Of a stretch of 64,000 bases of DNA, positions 8,816 through 17,499 are shown piece by piece. The translations under genes were made by a program, and so were the position numbers. The stretch's first letter is position 1, and each line of letters begins with the position of its first letter. The notes under the pieces were generated by a model. The model had not been told where the DNA came from, ran no database searches, and saw only the letters and a program-made list of their open reading frames with translations. Location of the stretch: NCBI GenBank assembly GCA_045601045.1, contig JAZRZA010000045.1, positions 43,415 to 107,414 on the forward strand, given 5' to 3'. The DNA is from Paludibacteraceae bacterium. Its GTDB lineage: Bacteria > Bacteroidota > Bacteroidia > Bacteroidales > Paludibacteraceae.

Positions 8816-10933
8816 TTACAATGCGGTGAAATTACAGATGGTAGGGTTGCCATTTTCGTATTTGATATCTATTTTGCAATTGTATATGTCGCTGTACATA
8901 TAGAGTGGATATGTCTCTCCCTCTTTTGGCGTGAAGTCGAAATTGATGAGGATGTTAGATCCTTCCAAAACATTGTTGACTGGTAATTTGCATTCGCTGG
9001 ATTGTAACTCATTGATGGAGAATACTGGATTCAACAAGGTGAGGCTGCGAGGTAGTTTCAGACACAATTTCTCTCCTGTGAAGACGTTACCCAAAATGGA
9101 GTTGTTTACTTTTGTCGGTACGGAAGCACTTGAAAGTAATTCTTTTACTTTCTCCGCATTCATTTGGAAACTCTTGTTGAACTTGTTGATTCGTAATATC
9201 TTCTCTTGCGTATCTTTGTTCTCTTGGTTGGAATTCTTTTTCGCTACCATGATTTTGTAGTCTGGCGCATCGATCCAGCAGATTTTGTTGTCCGTCATGG
9301 CGATGGCTCTGATACGTGTGATGTCGGAATATTTCTTTCCTTGGTATTCCAATTTGATGTTGTCGAAATCTGTCTTTTCTTGGTGTTTCAAGACATTGAC
9401 CGTGGAGCTTTTTACAATGTCGTACTCGTCTGTGTACATGTCTGTGTAATGAATGCAGAGGAATAATCTGACATTCTCGAAATCGATGTCTGAACGGTTG
9501 TGGACATTGAGGGCGATTTCATCCTCTTTGCTCTGAAATTTCCAATCGGTCGCAGGTTTGATGTTGAGGTCCAAATAGGATTTTTCCAACAAGACATTTT
9601 TGAAACTGACTTCCAAATTCTCTTCGCAGAACTCCATGTCGGAAAGAAGGCAGTCGTACATGCCTTGGTTGCCGCGACGGAAGAAATGGTTGTATATCTC
9701 TTGGGTACTCTTTGCCAAATTTCCTTTGCTCTCGTAGTACATCGCCTTCTGGATATTCGGACTGAAAATGCCGTATCCAGCCATAGTGGAGTGGTAGAGC
9801 CTTAATAGATATTGTCCTTCTGGTGTTTGGTTCAGGTAGGTTCTGAACTTGTAGGAGTTGAGCAAATCGGTCAATTCATTCGCCTGCTTAGGGAATTCAA
9901 TGGAGGCTTGGTCGAGGAAGGACATTGCTTGTTCCTCCTGCCCGTTCGCCATGCATAGCATTGCGCTAACAACCAATGCGGGCGCTGATTTATCTGGGTA
10001 GAGCGAGAGGTATTGTTTTAGGACCTCTTGCGCGCGTACCAGTTGTTTGTTGACTCCACCATCGTTGTCGTTGATCTCTTGTGGGACAATGGAGAAGTCT
10101 CCATTTTGTGCCTCGTTGTTAAGATTTATATTGGCGATGGCGTTCAACAATAATGCCTCTCGGTTGTTCGGATATTGTTTGAGGATCTCCTCTGTGATGG
10201 CTTTTGCCTCATTTCCTCTTCCCGCGTATGTTTCAAGGTAAGCTTTGTCTTTTTTCAGGCAAAGGGCATCCCACTCTTTCATGTATTTGTGGTAGAGTGG
10301 GGTGTAGTCTGTAAGATAATCGATGTAGGCTAGTCGCAATGATTCGATCTCCTTTTGCAACTTGAAGTTTGCCTGTTTCTTTTTGTTGTATTCGTTAAAT
10401 ATTTCATCGGAGACTTGCGAGAAACCGTTGATGGCCTTTAAAACCAATACGGGAGGATTCGCGAGTCCAATGGCGTCTGTGACGATGGTGGACATTGCCT
10501 CTTCTTGGACTTTGTCGGATGTGGCAAAGTTGGATACGCCTTTTGCCGCGCATTGGGCCAAGGCCCAAATGTCGTTTAGGTTATCGCTCTCTTTTTGTAG
10601 AGATGCCATCTTTTGAAGGATGGGGAGCAGGTGGATTTTCGCTTTAAGCATTTCTGGGGCAACCCCTTCGTAATCCTCCTTGGATAAGTACTCTAGGTAG
10701 GACATGAAATCTTCTGATTGAGATTGGGCCAACTCGATGGAGTTCATCACACGGATGGTCTTCTCTATGTCGTAATTGCCATTGTTGGCACTGTTCGCGT
10801 ATTTAGACAATGCGTTGAATGCGGGGGTGAAGTCTGTATTGGGCTGGTAATTGTAAATGTCTATCTTATTGACTTTGTCGCATGCGGAAAAGATTGCTAG
10901 CGCCAATACAAGAATCGAGAATATTTTTTTCAT
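8816..10933 (-). CDS. large lipoprotein of unknown function with a TPR-like helical middle region
   Basis: 705 aa. Lipobox signal MKKIFSILVLALAIFSAC. The central part is helical-repeat-like (EAKAITEEILKQYPNNREALLLNAIANI..., AQEVLKQYLSLYPDKSAPALVVSAM). The C-terminal ~250 aa is beta-rich. No catalytic motif was recognised. Confidence 0.6.
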   Translation of the reverse strand: MKKIFSILVLALAIFSACDKVNKIDIYNYQPNTDFTPAFNALSKYANSANNGNYDIEKTIRVMNSIELAQSQSEDFMSYLEYLSKEDYEGVAPEMLKAKIHLLPILQKMASLQKESDNLNDIWALAQCAAKGVSNFATSDKVQEEAMSTIVTDAIGLANPPVLVLKAINGFSQVSDEIFNEYNKKKQANFKLQKEIESLRLAYIDYLTDYTPLYHKYMKEWDALCLKKDKAYLETYAGRGNEAKAITEEILKQYPNNREALLLNAIANINLNNEAQNGDFSIVPQEINDNDGGVNKQLVRAQEVLKQYLSLYPDKSAPALVVSAMLCMANGQEEQAMSFLDQASIEFPKQANELTDLLNSYKFRTYLNQTPEGQYLLRLYHSTMAGYGIFSPNIQKAMYYESKGNLAKSTQEIYNHFFRRGNQGMYDCLLSDMEFCEENLEVSFKNVLLEKSYLDLNIKPATDWKFQSKEDEIALNVHNRSDIDFENVRLFLCIHYTDMYTDEYDIVKSSTVNVLKHQEKTDFDNIKLEYQGKKYSDITRIRAIAMTDNKICWIDAPDYKIMVAKKNSNQENKDTQEKILRINKFNKSFQMNAEKVKELLSSASVPTKVNNSILGNVFTGEKLCLKLPRSLTLLNPVFSINELQSSECKLPVNNVLEGSNILINFDFTPKEGETYPLYMYSDIYNCKIDIKYENGNPTICNFTAL

Positions 10934-11071
10934 AAATCGCTTATTTAGTTATTTAAATACAAATATAACAATTTTTGTCGTTTTGCACATCTGAAAACTT
11001 TTTTATAACTTGCCAATCGTACTCTTTGAGATATTTTTAGGTGTCATAGGAATAGTAAAAAAACGATATAG

Positions 11072-12274
11072 ATGTTTCCAGATAAATTCTTGTTGAAATA
11101 TTCGCTATTATTTGTGTTTGGTATGGGATTGTTTGCCCAATGTTCGAAACCGTCAGCAGGAAACGATCCTTTCGCGTCGTCCAAAGAGGTTCGGAAGGTT
11201 GTGGTTGATGAGGTTCGGATAGACTCTTCCCTGATAAATTATTGTGATTTTGGCGGTAATTCGAAAGCGTCCCCACTCAGTTCCGTGTATCAATACGCGG
11301 CCACTACTTTGTCTCACCAGCAGGATTACCCTTTGGCATGTGACTTTGGATTTTTTCGCAGTTTGAAGTGTGGCTGTTATGATATTCGGAAGAGCGCCTA
11401 TCAATGGCAGTATGCCCAAGGGGCACCTTATGAGGATTGGTACATGGATTTTGGTGACCATACATATCCTGATGATCCGGAGAAGGGGTGTATGCTTCAG
11501 GTGGATTTAGGTAGTTCTCCCGCCATTTTGTACAAAGGGTGGAATTGTGGACTACCGACCGAATGTACCTATCAATTCTCCTTTTGGGCACATCCTGTGG
11601 ATCCCAAGAAAGATGTGAAACTGACCGTTGTCGTGGATGGTTATAACGACAGTTTGTTGGCTTCGAAGGAGGTGATTGTGGAAGGCGGCAAGAATGAGTG
11701 GCAACAGTTCTCGGTTGATTTTAAGAATTCTCCCAGGGATCAACATGTCATGGTGACACTATTGGGTGAGGGTGGCGGAAGTTTCGCCTTGGATGATATA
11801 GCGTTGAGATGTGCGGAAGGCAACTGTCAACTCCTGGATGCGAGCAAGAGAAGAGACGCTTGGACGGAGAAGCAATACCTTGTGATGAATGATTATATCT
11901 ATTTCCAGTATGGTTCCACGGGTATGATTGAGTCTTATGATGTGAAATTCAAAAACATAGTTGATTTTGCCAAGGAAAATTCTACCCATACCGTCTGGTT
12001 GCTCGGTTTTTCCGACGAGCGTGGTCGTGACGATTATAATATGAAACTCTCGCAAGATCGTATCAATGCGGTTGCGGAGCGTCTTGTGAAGATGGGATTG
12101 CCTCGTTCCAACATGAAAATGAAGCCATTCGGTTCGACAATGCCGAAAAAAGTGAACGCGCAACTGGAATCTGAGTTTCAGCGGGATCGTAGGGTGAGTG
12201 TTTATATCTTCCCGAAGAGCCTATTTGTGGATGAGGATGATCAGGTGCATGGATTTGAGTATATCTTCATGTAA
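11072..12274 (+). CDS. OmpA-family lipoprotein with an N-terminal CBM-like jelly-roll domain
   Basis: 400 aa. Signal/lipobox LFVFGMGLFAQC. The central segment YQFSFWAHPVDPKKDVKLTVVVDG...NEWQQFSVDF...FALDDIAL resembles a CBM4/9-type sandwich. The C-terminal OmpA-like peptidoglycan-binding motif is GFSDERGRDDYNMKLSQDRINAV...RRVSVYIF. Confidence 0.8.
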   Translation: MFPDKFLLKYSLLFVFGMGLFAQCSKPSAGNDPFASSKEVRKVVVDEVRIDSSLINYCDFGGNSKASPLSSVYQYAATTLSHQQDYPLACDFGFFRSLKCGCYDIRKSAYQWQYAQGAPYEDWYMDFGDHTYPDDPEKGCMLQVDLGSSPAILYKGWNCGLPTECTYQFSFWAHPVDPKKDVKLTVVVDGYNDSLLASKEVIVEGGKNEWQQFSVDFKNSPRDQHVMVTLLGEGGGSFALDDIALRCAEGNCQLLDASKRRDAWTEKQYLVMNDYIYFQYGSTGMIESYDVKFKNIVDFAKENSTHTVWLLGFSDERGRDDYNMKLSQDRINAVAERLVKMGLPRSNMKMKPFGSTMPKKVNAQLESEFQRDRRVSVYIFPKSLFVDEDDQVHGFEYIFM

Positions 12275-12335
12275 GCAGTTGGAAGATAGTGGCTTTCGTG
12301 TATTGAGCTTGGCTTTGTGGGGTTGCCTGTAACTC

Positions 12336-12370
12336 AAAAAAAAGAGACATAAACCGAAGTTTATGTCTCT
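12336..12370 (-). terminator. rho-independent terminator of tRNA-Asn
   Basis: Perfect 12-bp stem AGAGACATAAAC-CGAA-GTTTATGTCTCT. On the minus strand it is followed by a T-run (A-run 12336-12342 on the plus strand). It starts 6 nt past the tRNA 3' end. Confidence 0.75.
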
Positions 12371-12375
12371 CTTTG

Positions 12376-12449
12376 CTCTCCCTCTTGGACTTGAACCAAG
12401 GACCCCCTGATTAACAGTCAGGTGCTCTAACCGACTGAGCTAAGGAAGA
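12376..12449 (-). tRNA. tRNA-Asn (anticodon GTT)
   Basis: The reverse complement folds by hand into a cloverleaf. The acceptor stem TCTTCCT/AGGGAGA has 7 bp including one G-U. D-arm GCTCAGTCGGTTAGAGC. The anticodon stem CCTGA/TCAGG carries loop CTGTTAA. T-arm CTTGG-TTCAAGT-CCAAG. Length is 74 nt and CCA is not encoded. Confidence 0.93.
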
Positions 12450-12470
12450 GTGTTTTTCTCTTTTGCGTTG

Positions 12471-12478
12471 CAAAGGTA
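12471..12478 (-). promoter_or_regulatory. candidate Bacteroidota -7 promoter element (TAccTTTG) for tRNA-Asn
   Basis: Plus-strand CAAAGGTA is TACCTTTG on the minus strand, 22 nt upstream of the mature tRNA 5' end. Confidence 0.35.
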
Positions 12479-12520
12479 AGGCGATTTCTCGGAGTTACCA
12501 AATGTTTTGCTCGTTTTTTT

Positions 12521-13672
12521 TTACTTTTTCGCGATATTTTTTTCTAATATAAAGTCAACCAACTCGTTAGCCATTCTTTGGTGAGTCTCCTTGGTTGGAT
12601 GATAGTCCTCTCCGAAAGGAGCTGTTTGAGGTGCAGTCTCGAAATAGTAGATTTGATTCTCCTCTCCGCCCATCTCTTTGATGGCTAAAAGCACATATGT
12701 GCTGTAGCGAGTGAGTTGCAACGCGTGGTCTTCGTTATTGTCGTTGGTCATCGGTCCCACCGCACAAATGATTTGTGCAGCTGGATAGTAACTTTTTAGG
12801 CGTGTTAAGAAGGCCTTGTACTCCGCGATGAATTGCACGGAATCCACTGGAACTTGGGTGGTGGTCTCTGCTCCGAAGTCGTTGGTTCCTATGTTCAAAA
12901 CAAGGATGTCTGGCTTGTAATTGTTGAAGTTCCATGCCTTCTCGTGGTTGTCCGCCAGCGTGTGCCCATAGAATTGCGGAATGGTGTTGCGGCAATCTCC
13001 CTCGTAGTTGCGGCATACGCCTTTGCCTGAATAGGCTGTACAAACATATTGGGCATTTAGAGCTCTCGCCGCGACGGCGCCCCAAGCGTAGTAGTTGTTT
13101 TCGTTGAGTGGAGAGAATCCTGCTTTCGGCCTATCCGAAGAGAGCTCGTTTCCGTAACCACAGGAGATGGAGTTGCCCACAAATTCCATTTTTAGGTCAG
13201 GGAGATCGTTGGGTTGTACCAACTCTGCCTGCTTGTCATCCCCTACGGTAAATCCGAAGAATTGGACTTCGCCAACCACGCTCTCGGTTAATTTTATCAG
13301 CTCGATGGTGTGTGTCTCGACGGGATTTAAGTGAGTGGCCAATGTGTAGTCGGTTTGCCCTTTGTTTAAAATGATTTTTTTAGGTTCTCTGTCGTCGATG
13401 ATGCAAAAGAAGGTGTTGTGCATCTCATGAGATCCCTCTGCTAAATCGTGAAGTTTCGCGGAGAGGAAACTTCCGGTGAATTTGGCCTTGATAGTGACTC
13501 CAGGGTAGGAGAAGCTCACCATGTTCGGGTTGCTTTTATCTACTCTTCCAATGTATTGGATATGCTCGTCTGATGCTTTGTAGTGGTTGCTTTTGCATCC
13601 TGAGAAAAGTGATGAGAGGACCATCATGGAACAAATTATGCCAACTATATTTAAATTGCCGAGATTTTTCAT
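12521..13672 (-). CDS. SGNH/GDSL hydrolase lipoprotein (CE2-like esterase architecture)
   Basis: 383 aa. Lipobox LSSLFSGC. N-terminal beta-sandwich region followed by SGNH blocks FVGNSISCGYGN (block I Ser), GKGV, NIGTNDF (block III) and a C-terminal D..HP (EDYHPT). Confidence 0.8.
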   Translation of the reverse strand: MKNLGNLNIVGIICSMMVLSSLFSGCKSNHYKASDEHIQYIGRVDKSNPNMVSFSYPGVTIKAKFTGSFLSAKLHDLAEGSHEMHNTFFCIIDDREPKKIILNKGQTDYTLATHLNPVETHTIELIKLTESVVGEVQFFGFTVGDDKQAELVQPNDLPDLKMEFVGNSISCGYGNELSSDRPKAGFSPLNENNYYAWGAVAARALNAQYVCTAYSGKGVCRNYEGDCRNTIPQFYGHTLADNHEKAWNFNNYKPDILVLNIGTNDFGAETTTQVPVDSVQFIAEYKAFLTRLKSYYPAAQIICAVGPMTNDNNEDHALQLTRYSTYVLLAIKEMGGEENQIYYFETAPQTAPFGEDYHPTKETHQRMANELVDFILEKNIAKK

Positions 13673-13675
13673 GGA

Positions 13676-14536
13676 TTATCCTTTATCGTTAGGTTGAACA
13701 CTTGGCCAAGGATTTTCTATGATACCTGCCATCTCCACCATCTTTGCGTGAACGCGGTCGCGCATCTCATCTACGGAATCCTTTCTTGGCAAATCCATGT
13801 TCGGATACATCGGTTCGCCGATGGTGATGGTGTAGAGCGGTTTGTTCTTCGCGAAATATTTGTATAGGCCTGTACGCTCGCGGTAGCTGATTACCATAGG
13901 GATGATCGGTGTCTTGTATTTGTATGCAAAGATGAAGGCACCCTTTCTGAATGGACGGAGGGGCTTATAGTTGTCCCAACGGCACTCCTCTGGGAATACG
14001 TGGATCCATGCTTTCCTCTCGTGAAGGGTGTCGAACGCCTCGTTAAATTTCTTCATGGCGCTCATGCTTTTAGGAACTGGAATACCTCCTGTTCCACGCA
14101 TTTGGTCGCGCACGCTGGTCTGGAAATTCTCCGCCCAAGCAGGATACCACATTCTGAATTGGCCGGATGCTTGCCATACGGAGAGGAAGTCCCATCCGTA
14201 AGCGTGGTTGCAAACGGTGATGGCGCCATTCTTCAACTCCTCTTTGTGCTTTTTCAGGTTCTCCTTACCCTTGATGCGAAGGCCGAAAATCAACGGATTT
14301 ACCCAAAAACAGATAAAGTGCGCCCGGAAGAGGCACCACAAATGGTTGAGTTTCCATTTCAACGTATTCTCCAAGTAGGGATAATTCTCATCGAATACTT
14401 CGTTGTGGATGATATCACCCGTTACTTTGTGTACGAATGGGTCCTCTTCAGAGAAGGTGTCTTCCACGTTTGGGATAAACACGCCCTCTTTCACCTTCAT
14501 CTCTTGGTATTTCTTATTTTCTAAACAAGATCTCAT
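13676..14536 (-). CDS. lysophospholipid (1-acyl-sn-glycerol-3-phosphate-type) acyltransferase family protein
   Basis: 286 aa. HX4D acyltransferase motif CNHAYGWD, a downstream FPE.CR motif (VFPEECRWD), and one N-terminal hydrophobic segment. It lies 3 nt upstream of the SGNH gene on the same strand. Confidence 0.75.
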   Translation of the reverse strand: MRSCLENKKYQEMKVKEGVFIPNVEDTFSEEDPFVHKVTGDIIHNEVFDENYPYLENTLKWKLNHLWCLFRAHFICFWVNPLIFGLRIKGKENLKKHKEELKNGAITVCNHAYGWDFLSVWQASGQFRMWYPAWAENFQTSVRDQMRGTGGIPVPKSMSAMKKFNEAFDTLHERKAWIHVFPEECRWDNYKPLRPFRKGAFIFAYKYKTPIIPMVISYRERTGLYKYFAKNKPLYTITIGEPMYPNMDLPRKDSVDEMRDRVHAKMVEMAGIIENPWPSVQPNDKG

Positions 14537-14591
14537 ATCGTAATGTTTTTTTATTCTTAATTGACTTCGTCAAACTCTTGACTCTTAATTC

Positions 14592-15248
14592 TTAACTCTT
14601 AATTATCTTAATGATCTCCGGATTGTGCTCCTTCTCATATCCGATGGTAGAGGGTGTGCCATGTCCGCTGTAAAGCATCGTCTCGTCGGGCAGTGTCAAC
14701 AACTTCTCCTTGATGTTCTGAACGAGTGTTTCGTAATTGCCGCGGTGCATGTCGGTCCTGCCGATGCCCCCCTCCAAAATGGTGTCGCCTACGAAGGCGC
14801 AATGCTCCTTTTCGCAATAGAAGACCAATCCGCCAGGGGAGTGTCCGGGTACCTGTAACACATTGATTTTTATACTTCCTACTTCTATGATGTCTCCGTC
14901 GGCCAAATAACCTTTGAGCGGAAGCGCCTCGTCATCCATAGGCATATTGAACATCACCAAGAGGTCTTGGTAATGGTTGAGGAAGGTGATATCCTTTTTG
15001 CACGCCTCTGCCGCTACGCCGAAAGTCTCCTCCACGAATCGTTGCCCGTAGATGTGGTCGAAGTGGAGGTGGGTGTCTACCACGCGTTTGATGGTGATGC
15101 CGTTGTCGATGATGTACGCTTTGAACGTCTCGCGCTCCTCAGGCGTGTAACAGCCCGGGTCGATCACTATCGCCTCGTGTGTATCCTCGTCTGTCAAGAC
15201 GTAGGTGTTTACTTGCAATACGTTGAATGTGAAGTGTTTAATGATCAT
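14592..15248 (-). CDS. MBL-fold metallo-hydrolase (glyoxalase II-like)
   Basis: 218 aa. Metal-binding motif THLHFDHIYG (HxHxDH), and later GHSPGG and GDT. Confidence 0.85.
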   Translation of the reverse strand: MIIKHFTFNVLQVNTYVLTDEDTHEAIVIDPGCYTPEERETFKAYIIDNGITIKRVVDTHLHFDHIYGQRFVEETFGVAAEACKKDITFLNHYQDLLVMFNMPMDDEALPLKGYLADGDIIEVGSIKINVLQVPGHSPGGLVFYCEKEHCAFVGDTILEGGIGRTDMHRGNYETLVQNIKEKLLTLPDETMLYSGHGTPSTIGYEKEHNPEIIKIIKS

Positions 15249-15362
15249 TTTTGTGTCGCTTCAATATTTCCTATTAAAAATATACAAGGCAAATATATGT
15301 TTTTTTTGTGAGAAATCAGTTGAATATCTTCTCCATTACACCTTTTTTGTTTGAATTTGAGT

Positions 15363-15370
15363 TACTTTTG
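15363..15370 (+). promoter_or_regulatory. candidate -7 element (TActTTTG) upstream of the DUF3109-like gene
   Basis: Exact TAnnTTTG match 32 nt upstream of the start codon, in a 153-nt divergent intergenic region. Confidence 0.35.
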
Positions 15371-15401
15371 TATCGAAATATAATAAAAAGATAGTGGGCT
15401 T

Positions 15402-15989
15402 ATGATGATTCAAATTGACGACACGATTATATCAACGGATCTGTTCGACACGAAATTCTGTTGCGACTTGGATGTCTGTAAAGGCGAGTGTTGCATCGAG
15501 GGCGATTCGGGCGCTCCGCTTGAAAAAGAGGAGGTGGCTGAATTGGAGAGAGTCTTGCCGGTGATTTGGGACGATTTGTCGGAAAGGTCGAAGGAGGTCA
15601 TCAACCAACAGGGCGTTTCGTATGTGGACGAGGAGGGCGATTTAGTGACCTCTATCGTGGATGGCGGCGAATGTGTCTTTACCCGTATCGCCGAGGATGG
15701 CATGTGCAAATGCGCCATCGAAATGGCCTACCGTGAAGGAAAAATCGATTTTTACAAACCCATCTCTTGTCACCTCTATCCAGTGCGTTTGGAGAATCTC
15801 CGTAATGGCACAGTGGGTGTGAATGTACATCGTTGGAAGGTGTGCAAGTGCGCTTTCGCTAAAGGGAAGGAGGAAAATATTCCGCTATATGCCTTCTTGA
15901 AAGGACCGTTGACGCGTCGCTTCGGAGAGGAGTGGTATGAGAAGGTAGAGATTGCTGCCGAGGAGTTGAAAAAAATGAATGACAGATAA
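15402..15989 (+). CDS. Cys-rich DUF3109-like protein
   Basis: 195 aa with clustered cysteines (CCDLDVCKGECC, CVF, CKC, C.LYP, CKC) typical of the Bacteroidota DUF3109 family. The family name is from memory. Confidence 0.6.
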   Translation: MMIQIDDTIISTDLFDTKFCCDLDVCKGECCIEGDSGAPLEKEEVAELERVLPVIWDDLSERSKEVINQQGVSYVDEEGDLVTSIVDGGECVFTRIAEDGMCKCAIEMAYREGKIDFYKPISCHLYPVRLENLRNGTVGVNVHRWKVCKCAFAKGKEENIPLYAFLKGPLTRRFGEEWYEKVEIAAEELKKMNDR

Positions 15990-17230
15990 TGATGAAGGAA
16001 AATCCGATATCCTATGCCAAATTGCCTAATGGGCTTCGTTTGGTGCACATGCGGGATCGATCTCCGGTCGCATATTGTGGTTTCGCCATCAATGTGGGAA
16101 CGCGTGACGAGTTGCCGGAGGAATCGGGTATGGCTCATTTCGTGGAACATTTGCTCTTCAAGGGGACGGAAAAACGTAAAGCTTATCACATTGTCAATCG
16201 GTTGGACGCCGTTGGTGGAGAGCTGAACGCTTATACTACCAAGGAGGAGACATTCGTTTATGCGACTGCCTTGACCTCTCATTTCGAGCGTGCGATGGAA
16301 CTCTGCTCTGATGTGGTATTTCATTCGGTATTCCCGCAAAAGGAGATGGATAAGGAGGTGGATGTGGTGATTGACGAAATACAATCTTACAAAGATTCTC
16401 CTTCTGAATTGATTTATGATGACTTTGAAAATATGGTCTTTTCGGGTTCTCCGATGGGACGTAATATTTTAGGAGAGAAGAAATTCCTCAAAAGATACAA
16501 ATCCGCTGACGTGCGTCGCTTCGTGGAACGTAATTACACAACGGATCGAATTCTGTTTTTCTCGATTGGCAATATTGATTTTAAGCGGGTGCAGCGGTTG
16601 GCGGAAAAATATTTGTCTGATATCCCCGCTTCACAATCGCAAATTGTGCGTGTCCCGCCATCTGTTTATGTGCCGAAACGTCAATACATCAGAAAATCCA
16701 CTTGCCAATCCCATGTGATGATCGGTGTCCGTGCCTTTGACCTTTGTGATGAGCGCCGCTTGGCCTTCGCTTTGGTGAATAACATTTTAGGAGGCCCGGG
16801 TATGAATAGTCGACTGAATTTGCTGCTTCGAGAAAAGAATGGCATGGCCTATACGGTGGAGTCTGTCTATACACCCTATTCCGATACAGGTATCTTCTCT
16901 ATTTACTTCGGAACGGATGAAAAGAACCGAGAGAAATGCACCTCGTTGGTGATGGGTGAATTAGATCGGTTGCGTAACGAATTGATTGCTCCGCAGAAGT
17001 TGTCCCAGTTGAAACGTCAGTGGATGGGCCAGTTGACTATTATGCAGGAGAATCGAGAAAACTATGTTTTATCTTTGGCTCGTAGTTTCCTATATTTTGA
17101 TAAAGTGGAATCCTTGGCCGATATCTGCCAGCAACTGAACGAGATCTCGGCGGATGCCTTGAGAGATCTCTCCGATCAGCTTTTCAGAGATGAAATGCTC
17201 TCTGTTTTGGTCTATTCTAGTAAAGTATAA
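15989..17230 (+). CDS. M16-family (pitrilysin/insulinase-like) zinc peptidase
   Basis: 413 aa. Inverted zinc motif HFVEHLLFKGT (HxxEH). The start overlaps the upstream stop (TAATG). Confidence 0.85.
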   Translation: MMKENPISYAKLPNGLRLVHMRDRSPVAYCGFAINVGTRDELPEESGMAHFVEHLLFKGTEKRKAYHIVNRLDAVGGELNAYTTKEETFVYATALTSHFERAMELCSDVVFHSVFPQKEMDKEVDVVIDEIQSYKDSPSELIYDDFENMVFSGSPMGRNILGEKKFLKRYKSADVRRFVERNYTTDRILFFSIGNIDFKRVQRLAEKYLSDIPASQSQIVRVPPSVYVPKRQYIRKSTCQSHVMIGVRAFDLCDERRLAFALVNNILGGPGMNSRLNLLLREKNGMAYTVESVYTPYSDTGIFSIYFGTDEKNREKCTSLVMGELDRLRNELIAPQKLSQLKRQWMGQLTIMQENRENYVLSLARSFLYFDKVESLADICQQLNEISADALRDLSDQLFRDEMLSVLVYSSKV

Positions 17231-17499
17231 TTTCGCCGAAAAAACGGCGCCGTTTGTTGATGTGTTTCTCCTTTTTGTTGCATATAATTCCAATTAATTG
17301 ATGAATTACGGATTTGGTGGTATATTTGTACCCGTTCGAAAAATATTTCGATCAACCATTTCTTGCATCTTTTTTTGTCACTAGGGATTCGCTAGTTGAT
17401 GAGTAGATTAGTTTTGATAAAGGGTTTTACCCTTAAAAGTATATATGTTAAAAATAGTGTATCTAATATATAATAGGAATATAGTGTATTTATAGTATC

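Noticed and set aside
8791-8817. 11-bp direct repeat GCCTACCTTTT occurring twice (8791-8801 and 8807-8817) between convergent vsr and the TPR lipoprotein gene.
   Set aside because: It is short, has no dyad symmetry or U-tract context, and its second copy overlaps the lipoprotein stop codon. It is more likely a small local duplication than a functional element.
5869-12449. tRNA-Asn as an integration site, with the 5.9-12.4 kb accessory-looking stretch as a genomic island.
   Set aside because: There is no integrase, excisionase, transposase or conjugation gene. I did not see a second copy of the tRNA 3' end (…GGTTCAAGTCCAAGAGGGAGAG) that would form an att direct repeat. The tRNA has its own promoter-like element and a strong terminator. 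An exhaustive repeat search was not possible by eye.
17231-17499. Possible structured RNA or riboswitch in the 269-nt leader of the adhesin gene. Features are small hairpins CGCCG-A6-CGGCG, ACTAG..CTAGT and AAGGG-TTTTA-CCCTT, plus a 9-bp direct repeat ATAGTGTAT x2.
   Set aside because: The hairpins are short (5 bp) and unconnected. No known riboswitch consensus was recognised. The TATATTTG -7 match at 17331 would simply imply a long 5' UTR. The evidence is insufficient to call an RNA element.
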